This document shows positions 11,827 through 23,117 of a stretch of 64,000 bases of DNA, one piece after another (position 1 is the first letter of the stretch; every line of letters begins with the position of its first letter). The notes beneath the pieces are model-generated. The model was given only the letters and a program-made list of their open reading frames with translations, did not search any database and was not told the DNA's origin. Both the position numbers and the translations under genes were made by a program. Origin of the DNA: Octopus sinensis. Its lineage: Eukaryota. The DNA is taken from contig NC_043011.1 of NCBI RefSeq assembly GCF_006345805.1, positions 49,240,464-49,304,463 of the forward strand, in the 5' to 3' direction.

Positions 11827-12519
11827 TTGTATTTTCTATGGAATTCTTTGGAATTCTTGGGTCTGCCAAAGTCATCTTGGTGTATACACACAGACATGCA
11901 GGAAGTAAATAGATACCTTTAATTTTCAAAATTTCTGATCTAAGCGTGTTAATGTTTTCAGTGGTCTAGAATTTACAATGTAATTATTCTTTTTCATTCC
12001 AGGTGCCATTATATTAAACATTTGCGAAGAGTAACCATGCCATGCTCAAAAACTTCAACACAACTGTCAGATTTTCAAAGAGGTCGTATTGTTGGGCAGT
12101 CTGAGGCTGGTCTTAGGTAAAATTTGGCGAAAATCTTCAAATTCCTCTTGCTAATGTTAATAAAATTTTCGTGCAATTCAAAAGCCAAGGAAGGGAATCA
12201 ACAGATTCTGCTCCTGGCTGACTTGGACCTTCAGAAAGGAAGCTTGGCTGTTTGAAGAGAATTGTGGAAAACAAATCCCGTTTGAAGGCTTCTTACATTG
12301 CAAAACAGCTAGAAATTAGTTCAAGAACATGTGTTACATCTCTGAATATGCTTGGGTATTGTGGATGAGCAGCTAGAAGAAAACCTCTCCTTCAACCAAT
12401 TAATATCAAATAAAAAATTCTGAAAATTAAAGGTGTCTATTTACTTCCTGCTTGTCTGTGTATGTTCACCATATTTGATTTTGGTTGGGAAAATTCTAAA
12501 GGAATCCCAGAAAATACAG
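11827..12519 (+). mobile_element. Internally deleted Tc1-like DNA transposon with transposase N-terminus (12037-12410)
   Basis: Inverted repeats CACAGACATGCAGGAAGTAAATAGATACCTTTAATTTTC (11889-11927) and GAAAATTAAAGGTGTCTATTTACTTCCTGCTTGTCTGTG (12422-12460), weakly extendable outward; decayed ORF MPCSKTSTQLSDFQRGRIVGQSEAGL...KRIVE...AARRKPLL typical of the Tc1 HTH region. Confidence 0.85.
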
Positions 12520-12576
12520 TATACATACATACATACATACATATATGTACACACTCACACACACATGCACAAAGGT

Positions 12577-12907
12577 TTAAAATGCTTTGAGGTTGGCCAT
12601 GTGATTTGCTCTTAGGATGCAGCCTTCATATCCATTCTGTGCAACAGACCAAACAAAGAACTTCAATTCTATGTTCTTGTAAACATATCTGTCTTTCCAG
12701 TCTGTATTGTGTTATTCCAACACTGATCAGGCTGACCTAATTAGCACCCTTATTTCACAGCTTCCATCTCCTGATTGTTCTATGACAGCAACCAAACTTT
12801 TGAGCTTGGATACCTGTTCTAAAATAACTCCTTGGCAATGGATGCTAGATGGCTCTTGGGTTTTTGTCACCATCATGGCTTTTGTCTTCTTTGCAATAAT
12901 TTTATAC
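12577..12907 (-). pseudogene. Degenerate RTE LINE reverse-transcriptase C-terminal fragment
   Basis: Minus frame: IIAKKTKAMMV...ILEQVSKLKSL...CEIRVLIRSA*...FFVWSVAQNGYEGCIL...LKAF, matching INAKKTK.M, LEQV..FKYLG, EI..RI..A, VWSV.LYG.E, LEAFE. Confidence 0.75.
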
Positions 12908-13344
12908 TGGCATGTGAGAAATTAAATATGCACCAAGCTTAAAAATATAAGCAGTGGGATCAATTCATTTAACTAAAAGTTCTTCAAGGTGATGCCCCAG
13001 CATGGCCACAATCTTATGACTGAAACAAATAGATCAAAGATTCTCTCAATACACTTTGTACCTTGTCCAGTAACGTTTCTAGTACCCCTGGTGATGTTTG
13101 CAATATAAACTGCATCACAAGCAAATCGTAGATTATTGATATTTTTGCTCTTGATAGGGACTTCAAAATTCTGGTACAAGGCCAGTAATTTTAGGACGTG
13201 GGGATCAGTTGCGTGATTATATATCTTGTGATTTAAGCTTGCAGGTTTTCAAAACAACTAAGGATTAAAGTTCAACACAGTTTCATATTATGTAACTGAA
13301 AGGATTAATAAAGTTACTTTTTTAATATATATATATATATATAT

Positions 13345-13822
13345 CGAAATCGATCAATGGAAATTGCGCATGTGCTACCAGTGCGGTGGCATGTCGAAAC
13401 TCTGCTTGTGAAGACCCATTGAGGCAAGTGAGGATCAGAATCGAAATCGATCAATGGAAATTGCAGATGTGTTCCAGTGCCCGGTGGATGTAAGAGAACT
13501 TTCCGTTTCGCGACCGTTGCCAGCACCGCCCCATTTCGTGTCCGTTGCCAGCCTCGCCTGGCCCTCGTGCCGGTGGCACATAAAAAGCACCATCCGTTCG
13601 TGGCCGTTTGCCAGCTCTGTCTGGCACCAGTGTGGGTGGCACGTAAAAAGCACCCAATACACTCACGGAGTGGTTGGCGTTAGGAAGGGCATCCAGCCGT
13701 AGAAACCACTGCCAGATTTGACTGGGCCTGATGAAGCCTTCTGGCTTCACAGACCAGTAGAACCGTCCAACCCATGCTAGCATGGAAAACAGACGCTAAA
13801 TGATGATGATGATGATGATGAT
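13345..13822 (+). mobile_element. Family D retroposon (GTGCCGGTGGCAC subrepeats, GGAAGGGCATCC motif, (GAT)n tail)
   Basis: GGTTGGCGTTAGGAAGGGCATCCAGCCGTAGAAA...CCAACCCATGCTAGCATGGAAAA...(GAT)n; at least 9 related copies in the window. Confidence 0.85.
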
Positions 13823-13825
13823 GAT

Positions 13826-13966
13826 ATATCATCATCATCATCATCATCATCGTTAGCATTCGCTTTCCATGGTCACTGGGGTCTGGGAAGCCAGAAGGCT
13901 GCACCAGGCCCAGTCTGATCTGGCAATGTTTCTACAGCTGGATGCCCTTCCCAACGCCAACCACTC
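13826..13966 (-). mobile_element. Family D retroposon 3' part, tail-to-tail with the previous copy
   Basis: (CAT)n then CTGGGAAGCCAGAAGGCTGCACCAGGCCCAGTCTG...GGATGCCCTTCCCAACGCCAACC. Confidence 0.85.
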
Positions 13967-14299
13967 CATATATATATATACACAATTTTATATATATACG
14001 CCATGCACACAAGCACATGCACACATGCACGTACACATAGGTACGCACATACACACCTACAGAAACCCCACACACAACCCCACACACAACCCACGCATAC
14101 ACAAATTCTCATACACACACGTACATATACATACACACACAATATATGCATACACACACAATATATGCATACACACACATATGCACACACATGCGCACAC
14201 ATACACGCACAAGAATGCACTCATACCTAACACTCATAACCCCTATATCGAGCCATCTATATCAATACTACTCCTCCCAGTTGAGGGTACTTTGTTCTG

Positions 14300-14520
14300 T
14301 CTTGCAAGCTACTTGGAGACCCTGATGGTGCTGGTGCCACTAAAAATAAAAAGCACCCAATACTCTCTACAAAATGGTTGGTTTTAGGAAGGGTATCCGG
14401 CCATAGAAACCATGCGAAAACAGAGAATGAAACTAGTCATAGCCCACTGCCTTGCCAGTTTTGACAAACCATCCAACCCATGCCAGCATGGAAAACGGAT
14501 GATGAGTGAAGATGATGAAC
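14300..14520 (+). mobile_element. Older family D-like retroposon
   Basis: GGTGCTGGTGCCAC...AAAAAGCACCC...GGTTGGTTTTAGGAAGGGTATCCGGCC...CCAACCCATGCCAGCATGGAAAA. Confidence 0.7.
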
Positions 14521-14571
14521 ATCACACATACACACATATATATATATATACACACACACTATTGCACTTAC

Positions 14572-14614
14572 CAATAAGATCTATTGATCTTATTAATAAG
14601 CTGAATGAGTGTTC
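14572..14614 (-). other. Candidate 43-nt exon
   Basis: T-rich tract then TCTTAG acceptor and a consensus donor TTG|GTAAGT; two frames open (EHSFSLLIRSIDLI or TLIQLINKINRSY). Confidence 0.3.
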
Positions 14615-14849
14615 CTAAGACCCAGATTAAATGAATATATTGCAAAAGAAAAAAAAAATGTTTTCGCTTCCTCTGGTAACGAACTTTCTAGTAGCAAAAC
14701 AAAATATGTAGAGCATATTAACTTTGTTAATCGTGGCATTGGTGTAAATATAAATATATATGCATCTTATACGCATTATAAATATATCAATACATGTGTG
14801 CGCGAACGCGTGTGTGTGTGTGTGTGTATATATAATATATATATACATA

Positions 14850-15300
14850 CAATCACACACACACAAGTATATATAGATACATATATACATGTAAATATAT
14901 ATGTGTATTATATATACACATACACACACACACAAGTATATATAGATACATATATATACATGTAAATATATATATACACACATAGATACACACACACAAG
15001 TATATATATACACACACACACACACACACCAGTATACATATATACATGTAAATATACATATATATATATATATACACACACAGATACACACACACACACA
15101 CAAGTATATATATATACACACACATACACACACACACAAGTATACATATATACATGCAAATATACATATATATATATATATAATATATATATATATATAT
15201 ACACACAGATACACACACACAAGTATATATATATACACACACATACACACACACACATGTATACATATATACATGTAAATATACATATATATATATATAT
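14850..15300. repeat. CA/TA-derived minisatellite (ACACACAAGTATA...CATGTAAATAT units)
   Basis: Direct reading. Confidence 0.9.
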
Positions 15301-16160
15301 ATATATGTCAAATGTTTATATTTAGCTTGCACAATTGGAATGAAGACATTCACACTCTCTCTCTCTCCCTTTCACTCCATCTTCCTTCCTCTTTTATCCT
15401 CCTTCCCCTCTTCTGCCATCTCTCTTCACCTCTCCTCCCCACCTTTCTCTCTCTCTCTCACTATAACCAGCTTTGGAACTATAAGATTCAATAAAATCAT
15501 ATCTAAGCACTGACATCAACCACCTACCAGTCACTGCCCCTCCCCACACACACTCACACACACAAGCACCATTCACGCACACACATCTACATACACATAC
15601 ACATATACACATAGTAAAATTTGGTTAATCATTTTCTTATAATTTTTCCCATTTCAGTCTTCTAACAAAAACATCAAAGTCTCAGAAATGGTGGAGCATC
15701 TTTCAATAACACAGAATTGCAATGAAAAGAAGGTCAATAATGAGAACTGGAAAACTGTGTCTTCCCCATTTACTATTATCAATAAATATTGAATCTAAAA
15801 GATGGTCATGGATGGAGACATTTCTCCTTGATATTTTAGCACTTGTTGTAACTGTTGTTGTGTCACTGGTGTGAATGGAAACAGCTATCATTTTATTTGT
15901 AAATGTTTTGATATCTATGGTACTTCATTTCATGTTTTAACCCTTCATTTCCCAGAAAAGATCCACTTTCCACTCAACCACAGCCCCTCTTAGTTGAGTA
16001 GAATTTGGGTTCTGCAAGCAGTATGGTGACCTCTTTGGTGCTGGTGCCACAGACTGAGCACCTAGTACACTCTGTAAAGTACACTCTTTCTCCAAGTGAA
16101 GTTAAACAATGGAATCACTCTGACAAAATGTTCATCTTCTACCAAGTAGTGGGCGACAGT

Positions 16161-16551
16161 GGAGGCACAATGCCCCAGTGGTTAGGGCAGCGGACTCGCG
16201 GTCATAGGATCGCGGTTTCGATTCCCAGACCAGGCGTTGTGAGTGTTTATTGAGTGAAACACCTAAAGCTCCACGAGGCTCCGGCAGGGGATGGTGGTGA
16301 TCCCTGCTGTACTCTTTCACCACAACTTTCTCTCACTCTTACTTCCTATTTCTGTTGTACCTGTATTTCAAAGGGCCGGCCTTGTCACTCTCTGTGTCAC
16401 ACTGAATATCCCCGAGAACTATGTTAAGGGTACACGTGTCTGTGGAGTGCTCAGCCACTTACACGTTAATTTCACGAGCAGGCTGTTCCGTTAATTCGGA
16501 TCAACCGGAACCCTCGTCGTCGTAACCGACAGAGTGCTTCCATTCCATTCC
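16161..16551 (+). mobile_element. tRNA-derived SINE family C (tail type 1), full length
   Basis: Head GGCACAATGCCCCAGTGGTTAGGGCAGCGGACTCGCGGTC...GGTTTCGATTCC; near-identical copies at 37547-37932 and 53562-53944. Confidence 0.92.
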
Positions 16552-17077
16552 AGTGGGCGACAAACACATACACATATATATGGCAGGTTTCTTTTCAGTT
16601 TCCATAAACAAAATCCAATCACAAATCTTTGGCTGGCCCAGGTCTATAGTTGAAGACACTTGTCCAAGGTGCTACGCAGCTGGACTGAACCCAAAGCCAC
16701 ATGATCAGGCACCATGTACCTTAACCACACACCCAAACCTGCACCCCATAACATTAATATTAATTATACAAATAATACAGAATTTTCTTCTGAGGATGGG
16801 CCTTTGTGCCCGTAATATAAGAATTTTAAGAAACTTTTTCCCTCTTGTCAGAAACTTCCTTATTTTTCTGATCTGCGATTGTACAATACTTCAAGTAAAC
16901 CTCAACGCAAAAACGATAGTAATATCAATAATATTAGCATTAATACCAATACTGATAGTATTGGTTTCAAATTTTGGCACAAGGCCAGTAATTTTGGTAG
17001 AGGGGTAAGCTGATTATGTTGACCCCAGTTCTTAATCGGTACTATATTAAAGAATGCGGCGAGCTGGCAGAAACGTT

Positions 17078-17285
17078 AGCACGCTGGGTGAAATGCTTAG
17101 CGGTATTTCGTCTGCGTTACGTTGTGAGTTCAAATTCCGCCGAGGTCGACTTTGCCTTTCATCCTTTCGGGGTCGATAAATTAAGTACCAGTTACGCACT
17201 GGGGTCGATGTAATCGACTTAATACCTATGTCTACCCTTGTTTGTCCCCTCTGTGTTTAGCCCCTTGTGGGTAATAAAGAAATAG
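17078..17285 (+). mobile_element. SINE family B, full length
   Basis: GGCGAGCTGGCAGAAACGTTAGCACG...GTTCAAATTCCGCCGAGGTCGACTTTGCC...GTAATAAAGAAAT. Confidence 0.92.
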
Positions 17286-17869
17286 TTACTATATTAAAGA
17301 TCCTAAAAGGACAAAAGGTAAAGCCAACCTTGGCAGAATTTGGTATCAGAATGTAAAGACGGACAAAATGCCAATTAGCATTTTGTCCAATTTGCTAATA
17401 ATTCTGCCAGCTCACAGCCTTACTGACATTACTTTCAAATTTTGGCACAAGGCCAGCAATTTTGAGGGAAGGAGTAAGACAATTAAAACGACCCCAGTTT
17501 TTAACTGATACAAATTTATCAACCCTAAAAGAACAAAAGTCAAGCTGACCATGGCAAAATTTGAAAATTAGACCTCAAAGATGGTCAGAATGCTGCTTAG
17601 CATATTGCCCCATGTTTTGATGATTCTGCCAGCTTGCAGTCTTATAAATTTTGATTTCAAACTTTAGCACAAGGTTTGTAATTTTAGGGGAATGGTAAGT
17701 CACTTACATTGATCCTAGTTCCCAAATGGTACCTATTGTATCTATTGTGAAAGGAAAAAAGATAAAAATTAAGCTTTGCAGAATTTCAATTGAATCAGTC
17801 AGAGAATTCCAGATATAATTTTATAATATTATATTCTTTCATTCATCTTGCCTAGATTTATATTCCTAC

Positions 17870-17975
17870 TTTTTCACCATTTTTTTGCGTATTCTCTCAT
17901 CAACTTCTATCATCTCTTTTGCATTCTCTGGAATTGAATCATATCCAGTCATACCAAGTAAAACCTTCAACTTTT
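17870..17975 (-). other. Candidate coding exon A (KLKVLLGMTGYDSIPENAKEMIEVDERIRKKMVK)
   Basis: CTAAC branch-like motif and TACAG acceptor; followed by GTAGGA (donor, or K-stop if read through); paralogous to 18824-18962. Confidence 0.35.
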
Positions 17976-18169
17976 CTGTATATTTTAGAGATTCCAGTTA
18001 GCTTTTAGGGATACTGATTATAAAATATTGTCCAGACATTACTATTAGACAAGCCCCTCTGTTTGGTGTTTTAGTACATGACCTTTAAGCCGAATATTAA
18101 GAAGATCCATCAAGCTGAGTAAAATCGCAGTAGTGGCAGATACTGGTGTCAAGCAAATGGCACCTGTTT

Positions 18170-18279
18170 CTTGAGTAACGCTGTGATGGACTGGCATAAC
18201 GTCCAGCTGGGGGGAACACATACGCCATAGAAACCGGGAAACCGGGCCCATGAGCCCGGCTAGGCTTGAAAAGGGCACA

Positions 18280-18314
<35 letters not shown>

Positions 18315-18316
18315 AT
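18170..18316 (+). mobile_element. SINE family E 3' part with (AAAT)n tail
   Basis: GATGGACTGGCATAACGTCCAGCTGGGGGGAACACATAC...GGCTAGGCTTGAAAAGGGC matches 41303-41549 on the opposite strand. Confidence 0.75.
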
Positions 18317-18721
18317 ATATAATAGTATTGGTTTCAAATTTTGGCACAATCACAGAAATTTGAAGGAAAGGAGTAAGCTGATTACGTTGAACCCAATTTT
18401 CAACGGATACAATTTTATCGACCCTGACAAAAGGACAAAAGGCAGAGTTGACCTTGGCAGAATTTGAAATTAACGCATAAAGATTGATAAATTGCCACTA
18501 AGTGTTTTTCCCTATGTGCTAACAATTCTGCCGGCTTGCCGCCGTACTGATAACATTACTACTACTACCAATAATACCAATGTCAATACTAGTAATAATA
18601 ATACTAATATAGCACCAGTTCTTACGTAACACCAGGAGATATAATGGAAGATTACCAAGAATATTGAATAGCGCATTTCTTTTGAAAGAAAGCGAACAAG
18701 AGTATTTTTACAGCACATGCT

Positions 18722-18755
<34 letters not shown>

Positions 18756-18823
18756 AGTATGTATATATATTTTATGATATTATATTCTCCTTTCATTCAT
18801 TTCGCCTACATATATACTCCTAC

Positions 18824-18962
18824 TTTTTTTCCCCTCGTTTTGTCGCATATTATCTCATCAACTTCTATCATCTCTTTTGCATTCTCTGGGAACCTGCTTG
18901 CTTCATTACATTCATCAGATGTAGAAGAGTAGGAAGAAATAGCGCCAGTCATCCGTGGCTGA
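18824..18962 (-). other. Candidate coding exon B (QPRMTGAISSYSSTSDECNEASRFPENAKEMIEVDEIICDKTRGKK)
   Basis: CTAAT branch motif, polypyrimidine tract TTTCTCTCCTTACCAG, only one open frame (139 nt), donor AAA|GTAGGA; a 37-nt block is identical to exon A. Confidence 0.42.
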
Positions 18963-19262
18963 CTGGTAAGGAGAGAAACATTAGTGAAACGCCACACAAT
19001 GATGGTGTGTGATTCTTCTGAATTTAATCTTCCACAGTTATTCTTTTAAGAAAAACAGTAAAATAAAACGTTTTAATTGTGTGTGTGTGACAGAAAGAGA
19101 GAGAGAGAGAATATATACATACACATGCATATAAATACACACACACACAGATATATATATATACATAAACATATGCACACATTTACTCACAAACATTCAT
19201 GTATGTATATGATATACAAGTGCTGCAATGTGGCTGCTTAATCATGCATCAATGCACACACA

Positions 19263-19294
<32 letters not shown>

Positions 19295-19316
19295 ATATAT
19301 GGACAGAGAGAGAAAC

Positions 19317-19350
<34 letters not shown>

Positions 19351-19379
19351 GTATGGATTGGTAGATAAACAGATACATA

Positions 19380-19489
19380 GATAAATAGACAGATAGATAG
19401 GCAGATAGATAGGTAGGTAGGTAGATAGATAGATATATAGGTAGGTAGGTAGTTAGGTAGGTAGGTAGGTAGGTAAGTAGGTAGGTAGG

Positions 19490-19533
<44 letters not shown>

Positions 19534-19644
19534 CCAGTAGATAGAGAGATAGGTAGGTAGATAGAGAGACAGGTAGGTAGATAGATAGATAGATAGATAG
19601 ATCGGTAGATAGAGAGACAGGTAGGTAGATAGAGAGACAGGTAG

Positions 19645-19717
<73 letters not shown>

Positions 19718-19730
19718 CGATAGATAGATG
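19380..19730. repeat. (GATA)n/(GGTA)n compound microsatellite
   Basis: Direct reading. Confidence 0.97.
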
Positions 19731-20240
19731 CAGATGTGATGAAAGGATTGAGAACAGATCTTTCCCTCCTTAAACCCGTCTCTCATCAACATCTTCAACT
19801 TCCACCTGTAAAAGTAGGTGATATTAAAGAATTAAGGTGCTGTCTCCCTGTAGATTTTATGGAAAGTGGATGAGAATGATAGAATCATTGTAGCTGAACA
19901 AACATTCTTTGACAGTGGTTGTCAGTTAGTAGTGTGAACCTGTCTTTCAAATATCAGTAATTTAGGGTATGTATGAAAGCCCTTGAATTCTTGTGTGAAG
20001 AGTTTATCGGCCAGATTTGAGATTTTTCTACCTGGCAGAATGCTTTGCGGCATTTTGACCATCTTTACATTCTGAGCTCAAATTCTGCCAAAGTCGACTA
20101 TGCCATTCATCCTTTTAGGGTCAATAAATTAAGTACCAGTGAAACACTGGGGATGATGCAATAGAATAGTCCCCTTACCCAAAATTTCAGGCCATGTGCC
20201 TCTAGTAGAAAGGTTTATTACTTTATCATCATCAATATTA

Positions 20241-20612
20241 TTACCTTTGCCTTCCCTAAAGCAGAGGTATTATGTTTTCAGTCGTGTTTGTTTGCTTGTC
20301 CATGGACAAGATATCTCAAGAACTGCTGGAGGGATTCGGATGAAATTTTCAGGGATGTCTTTTGGCTTCATGACTGGCAAGAACTGATTAGATTTTGGGA
20401 TCTGGTACCAGGCAAGGATTCTGGATTATTTTTCCTGTTTTTTTTTTTTTTACATAATTTTTGATAGAGCTTGAGTTCATTTATAGTATTCTTGTTTGGG
20501 TAAGCAGTCAAATTTATTTCAGATATTCTCATTTTAAAAATCATCTCTGGCTAATCGTTGAGAGGACGTTGGTGTTGCCTTGGCAAAGGTCTGTGCCCTC
20601 TGAGTGCTCTTG
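20241..20612 (+). mobile_element. Helentron-type non-autonomous element (HINE/DINE-like)
   Basis: TTACCTTTGCC...GCAGAGGTATTATGTTTTC...TGTTTG...GGATGAAATTTTCAGG...CCTTGGCAAAGGTCTGTGCCCTCTGAGTGCTCTTGTT layout; second copy at 23118-23443. Confidence 0.6.
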
Positions 20613-20634
20613 TTATTATAATTATTATTATTAA

Positions 20635-21400
20635 GGCAGCGAGCTGGCAAAATCATTAGAATGTCAGGTGAAATGCTTAACAGTATTTCATCTGCCACTA
20701 CATTCTGAGTTCAAATTCTGCCGAGGTCGACTTTGCCTTTCATCCTTTCGGGGTCGATTAAATAAGTACCAGTTATGCACTGGGTTTGATATAATCGACT
20801 TAATCAGTTTGTCTGTCCTTTTTTGTCCCTTCTGTGTTTAGTCCCTTGTGGATAGTAAAAAAATAGGTATTTCATCTGCCACCATGTTCTGAGTTCAAAT
20901 TCTGCCAGAGTCGATTTTGCCTTTCATCCTTTCAGGGTCGATTAAATAAGTACCAGTTTCGCACTGGGGTTGATATAATCAACTTAATCAGTTTGTCTGT
21001 CCTTGTTTGTCCTCTCTGTGTTTAGCCCCTTGTGGGTAGTAAAGAAATAGGTATTTCATTTGCCACCATGTTCTGAGTTCAAATTCTGCCGAGGTCAACT
21101 TTGCCTTTCATCCTTTCGGGGTCGATTAAATAAGTACCAGTTTCGCACTGGGGTTGATATAATCGACTTAATCAGTTTGTCTGTCCTTTTTTGTCCCTTC
21201 TGTGTTTAGCCCCTTGTGGGTAGTAAAGAAATAGGTATTTCATCTGCCACCATGTTCTGAGTTCAAATTCTGCCAGCGTCGATTTTGCCTTTCATCCTTC
21301 CGGGGTCAATTAAGTAAGTACCAGTTACATACTGGGGGTCGATGTAATCAACTTAAACTCTTCCCCAAAATTCAAGGCCTTGTGCTTCCAGTAGAAAGAA
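20635..21400 (+). mobile_element. SINE B tetramer with 184-bp period
   Basis: GTATTTCAT unit starts at 20683, 20867, 21051 and 21235; only the first unit has the 5' part of the tRNA head. Confidence 0.92.
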
Positions 21401-21646
21401 TTATTATTATTATAACAGTGTCCAATATTGTGGTGTTGTAGATTGAAGACTTTGTGTCTATATGGCTTTGTACTGTCTGTCAAGTCACAAGGACATCAGA
21501 GAGTCAGTGTTTATGCAGTATATGAGCAGTTTCAAGTAAAGCCAATTTTAACAATACCCCAAGATGTCCAGATGCTTCTATAAGTAAAGTGGTATTGAAC
21601 CCAATGCTCCAGAGTGTATTATTATTATTATAATTCATCCGTGGAA

Positions 21647-21975
21647 GGCCTCGTGCCGGTGGCACGTAAAAAGCACCATTCGATTGTGACCGTTTGCCAG
21701 CCTCGCCTGGCCCCCGTGCCGGTGGCACATAAAAAGCACCATCCAATCGTGGCCGTTTGCCAGCCTCGCCTGGCACCTGTGCCAGCGGCACGTAAAAAGC
21801 ACCCACTACACTCACGGAGTGGTTGGCATTAGGAAGGGCATCCAGCCGTAGAAACATTGCCAGATCAGACTGGGCTTGGTGTAGCCTTCTGGCTTCCCAG
21901 ACCCCAGTTGAACCATCCAACCCATGCTAGCATGGAAAGCGGACGCTAAATGATGACAACGATGATGATGATGAT
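21647..21975 (+). mobile_element. Family D retroposon with three about-63-bp subrepeats
   Basis: GTGCCGGTGGCAC(G/A)TAAAAAGCACC three times, then GGAAGGGCATCC and a (GAT)n tail. Confidence 0.9.
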
Positions 21976-22114
21976 ATGATGATCCTTTCGGCGTCGATAA
22001 ATTAAGTACCAGTCAAACACTGGAGTCGATTACATCGACTCCTCTCCTCCCCCAAAATGGCTGCCCTTGTGGAAAAACTTGAAATCTTTATTATTATTAC
22101 TATTTTTGAGACCC

Positions 22115-22355
22115 CCTTTGGTCATGACTGACCACGGGATTGCTGCACCTAGAAAGTTATCCTGCCATCCAGAAGTCCAGGCAAGGTTGTTTATGGAAGA
22201 CCAGCCGTCACCCATGCATACCAGCCTCACCTCTCCACAAATCTGTGGTGTTGAGCAGAATATTTGCTGTAGCCCATCTTTTATACCAAGACAAAACATG
22301 TACATAGCATCTCCAATCAGTTAAGATCAGAAGCTATAAGACCAAGTGCCTGGTA
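22115..22355 (-). mobile_element. SINE family F 3' part
   Basis: GGTCATGACTGACCACGGGATTGCTGCACCTAGAAAG...GCAAGGTTGTTTATGGAAGACCAGC matches 57885-58227. Confidence 0.7.
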
Positions 22356-22539
22356 TGACATCAGGGTGTTGTTATTCTTCTTGTTACTACTACTATTATT
22401 ATTATTATTATTGAAAAGGAAGATGAGGTTAGAGAGGAGAATGCTGTCTAATAGCAAGTTTTCTGAAAGGTGAATTGTGCAAGAATGGCCAGTGTAAATG
22501 GACCAATTCTGAGATTTCGCCTGTAACTGAAAAAGGTAT

Positions 22540-22800
22540 TATAAAAGGAGAAAGGGGCTCTCTACCCACCTTTTGACCAGGCTCCCATGGCTTTTATGGG
22601 TTTTTCCACGTGAGACCTCTTTTTTTCTAAGCGTCTCCTCTATTGGGAGCTTTTCGTTGTTATATTTTTTGTTGTTATACTGCTTTTTACATGTTTTTTT
22701 TTCACAAACGGACAAAACCTTTTGTATCCTTTCATCCTGTTTTGTCCCTTTATGTTTCCCAATCATGTTTGTCAGCCCTTGTGGCCAATAAAAAGAATTA
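22540..22800 (+). mobile_element. Probable LINE 3' UTR/end (L1/Tx1-like, poly(A) signal) related to the SINE B tail
   Basis: T-rich 3' region ending TTTGTCCC...CAGCCCTTGTGGCCAATAAAAAGAA, similar to SINE B TTTGTCCC...AGCCCCTTGTGGGTAATAAAGAAA; clade assignment is a guess. Confidence 0.4.
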
Positions 22801-23117
22801 ATTATTATTATTATTATCATTAACAATTTAAGTTGAAGGAACAGGACAATAAAAGAATTCATTCCGCTATGGACAGACATAGTTGTCCAATCCCAGGCAA
22901 AATCAAAATCTTCATTATTCCCATTGCGACTTTATAGCACAATCCATACCTGGACTCAAATTACATCCATGCATCCATCACAAAAAGATGCAGCTTCTTT
23001 CATTTTTAAACTTGCTTTTTCTTTCTGTCTTTTGTTTTTTTTTTTTGTAAATCCTCTCCTTCAAACACTTATATATTGAAATCGACAAGAGTGGCCATCA
23101 TCGTCATCATCATTATT

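Noticed and set aside
12707-12925. ORF with a C-terminal transmembrane-like helix as a genuine host exon
   Set aside because: The opposite strand is clearly a decayed RTE reverse transcriptase; kept only as a low-interest finding.
15656-15865. Plus-strand exon after a strong TTTCAG acceptor (SSNKNIKVSEMVEHL...) and a short hydrophobic ORF
   Set aside because: Short, no recognisable homology, and no securely linked upstream exon.
16161-16240. tRNA genes at SINE heads (also 55975, 60941, 17078)
   Set aside because: A/B-box-like motifs run straight into SINE bodies and acceptor stems do not close; these are tRNA-derived heads.
20635-21400. CRISPR-like or regularly spaced array (also the 63-bp family D cassettes)
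   Set aside because: Units are whole SINE bodies without unique spacers, there are no cas genes, and the context is eukaryotic.
22950-23060. Minus-strand exon ending at a CAG|GTATGG donor
   Set aside because: All three frames contain stops shortly before the donor; at most a non-coding exon.
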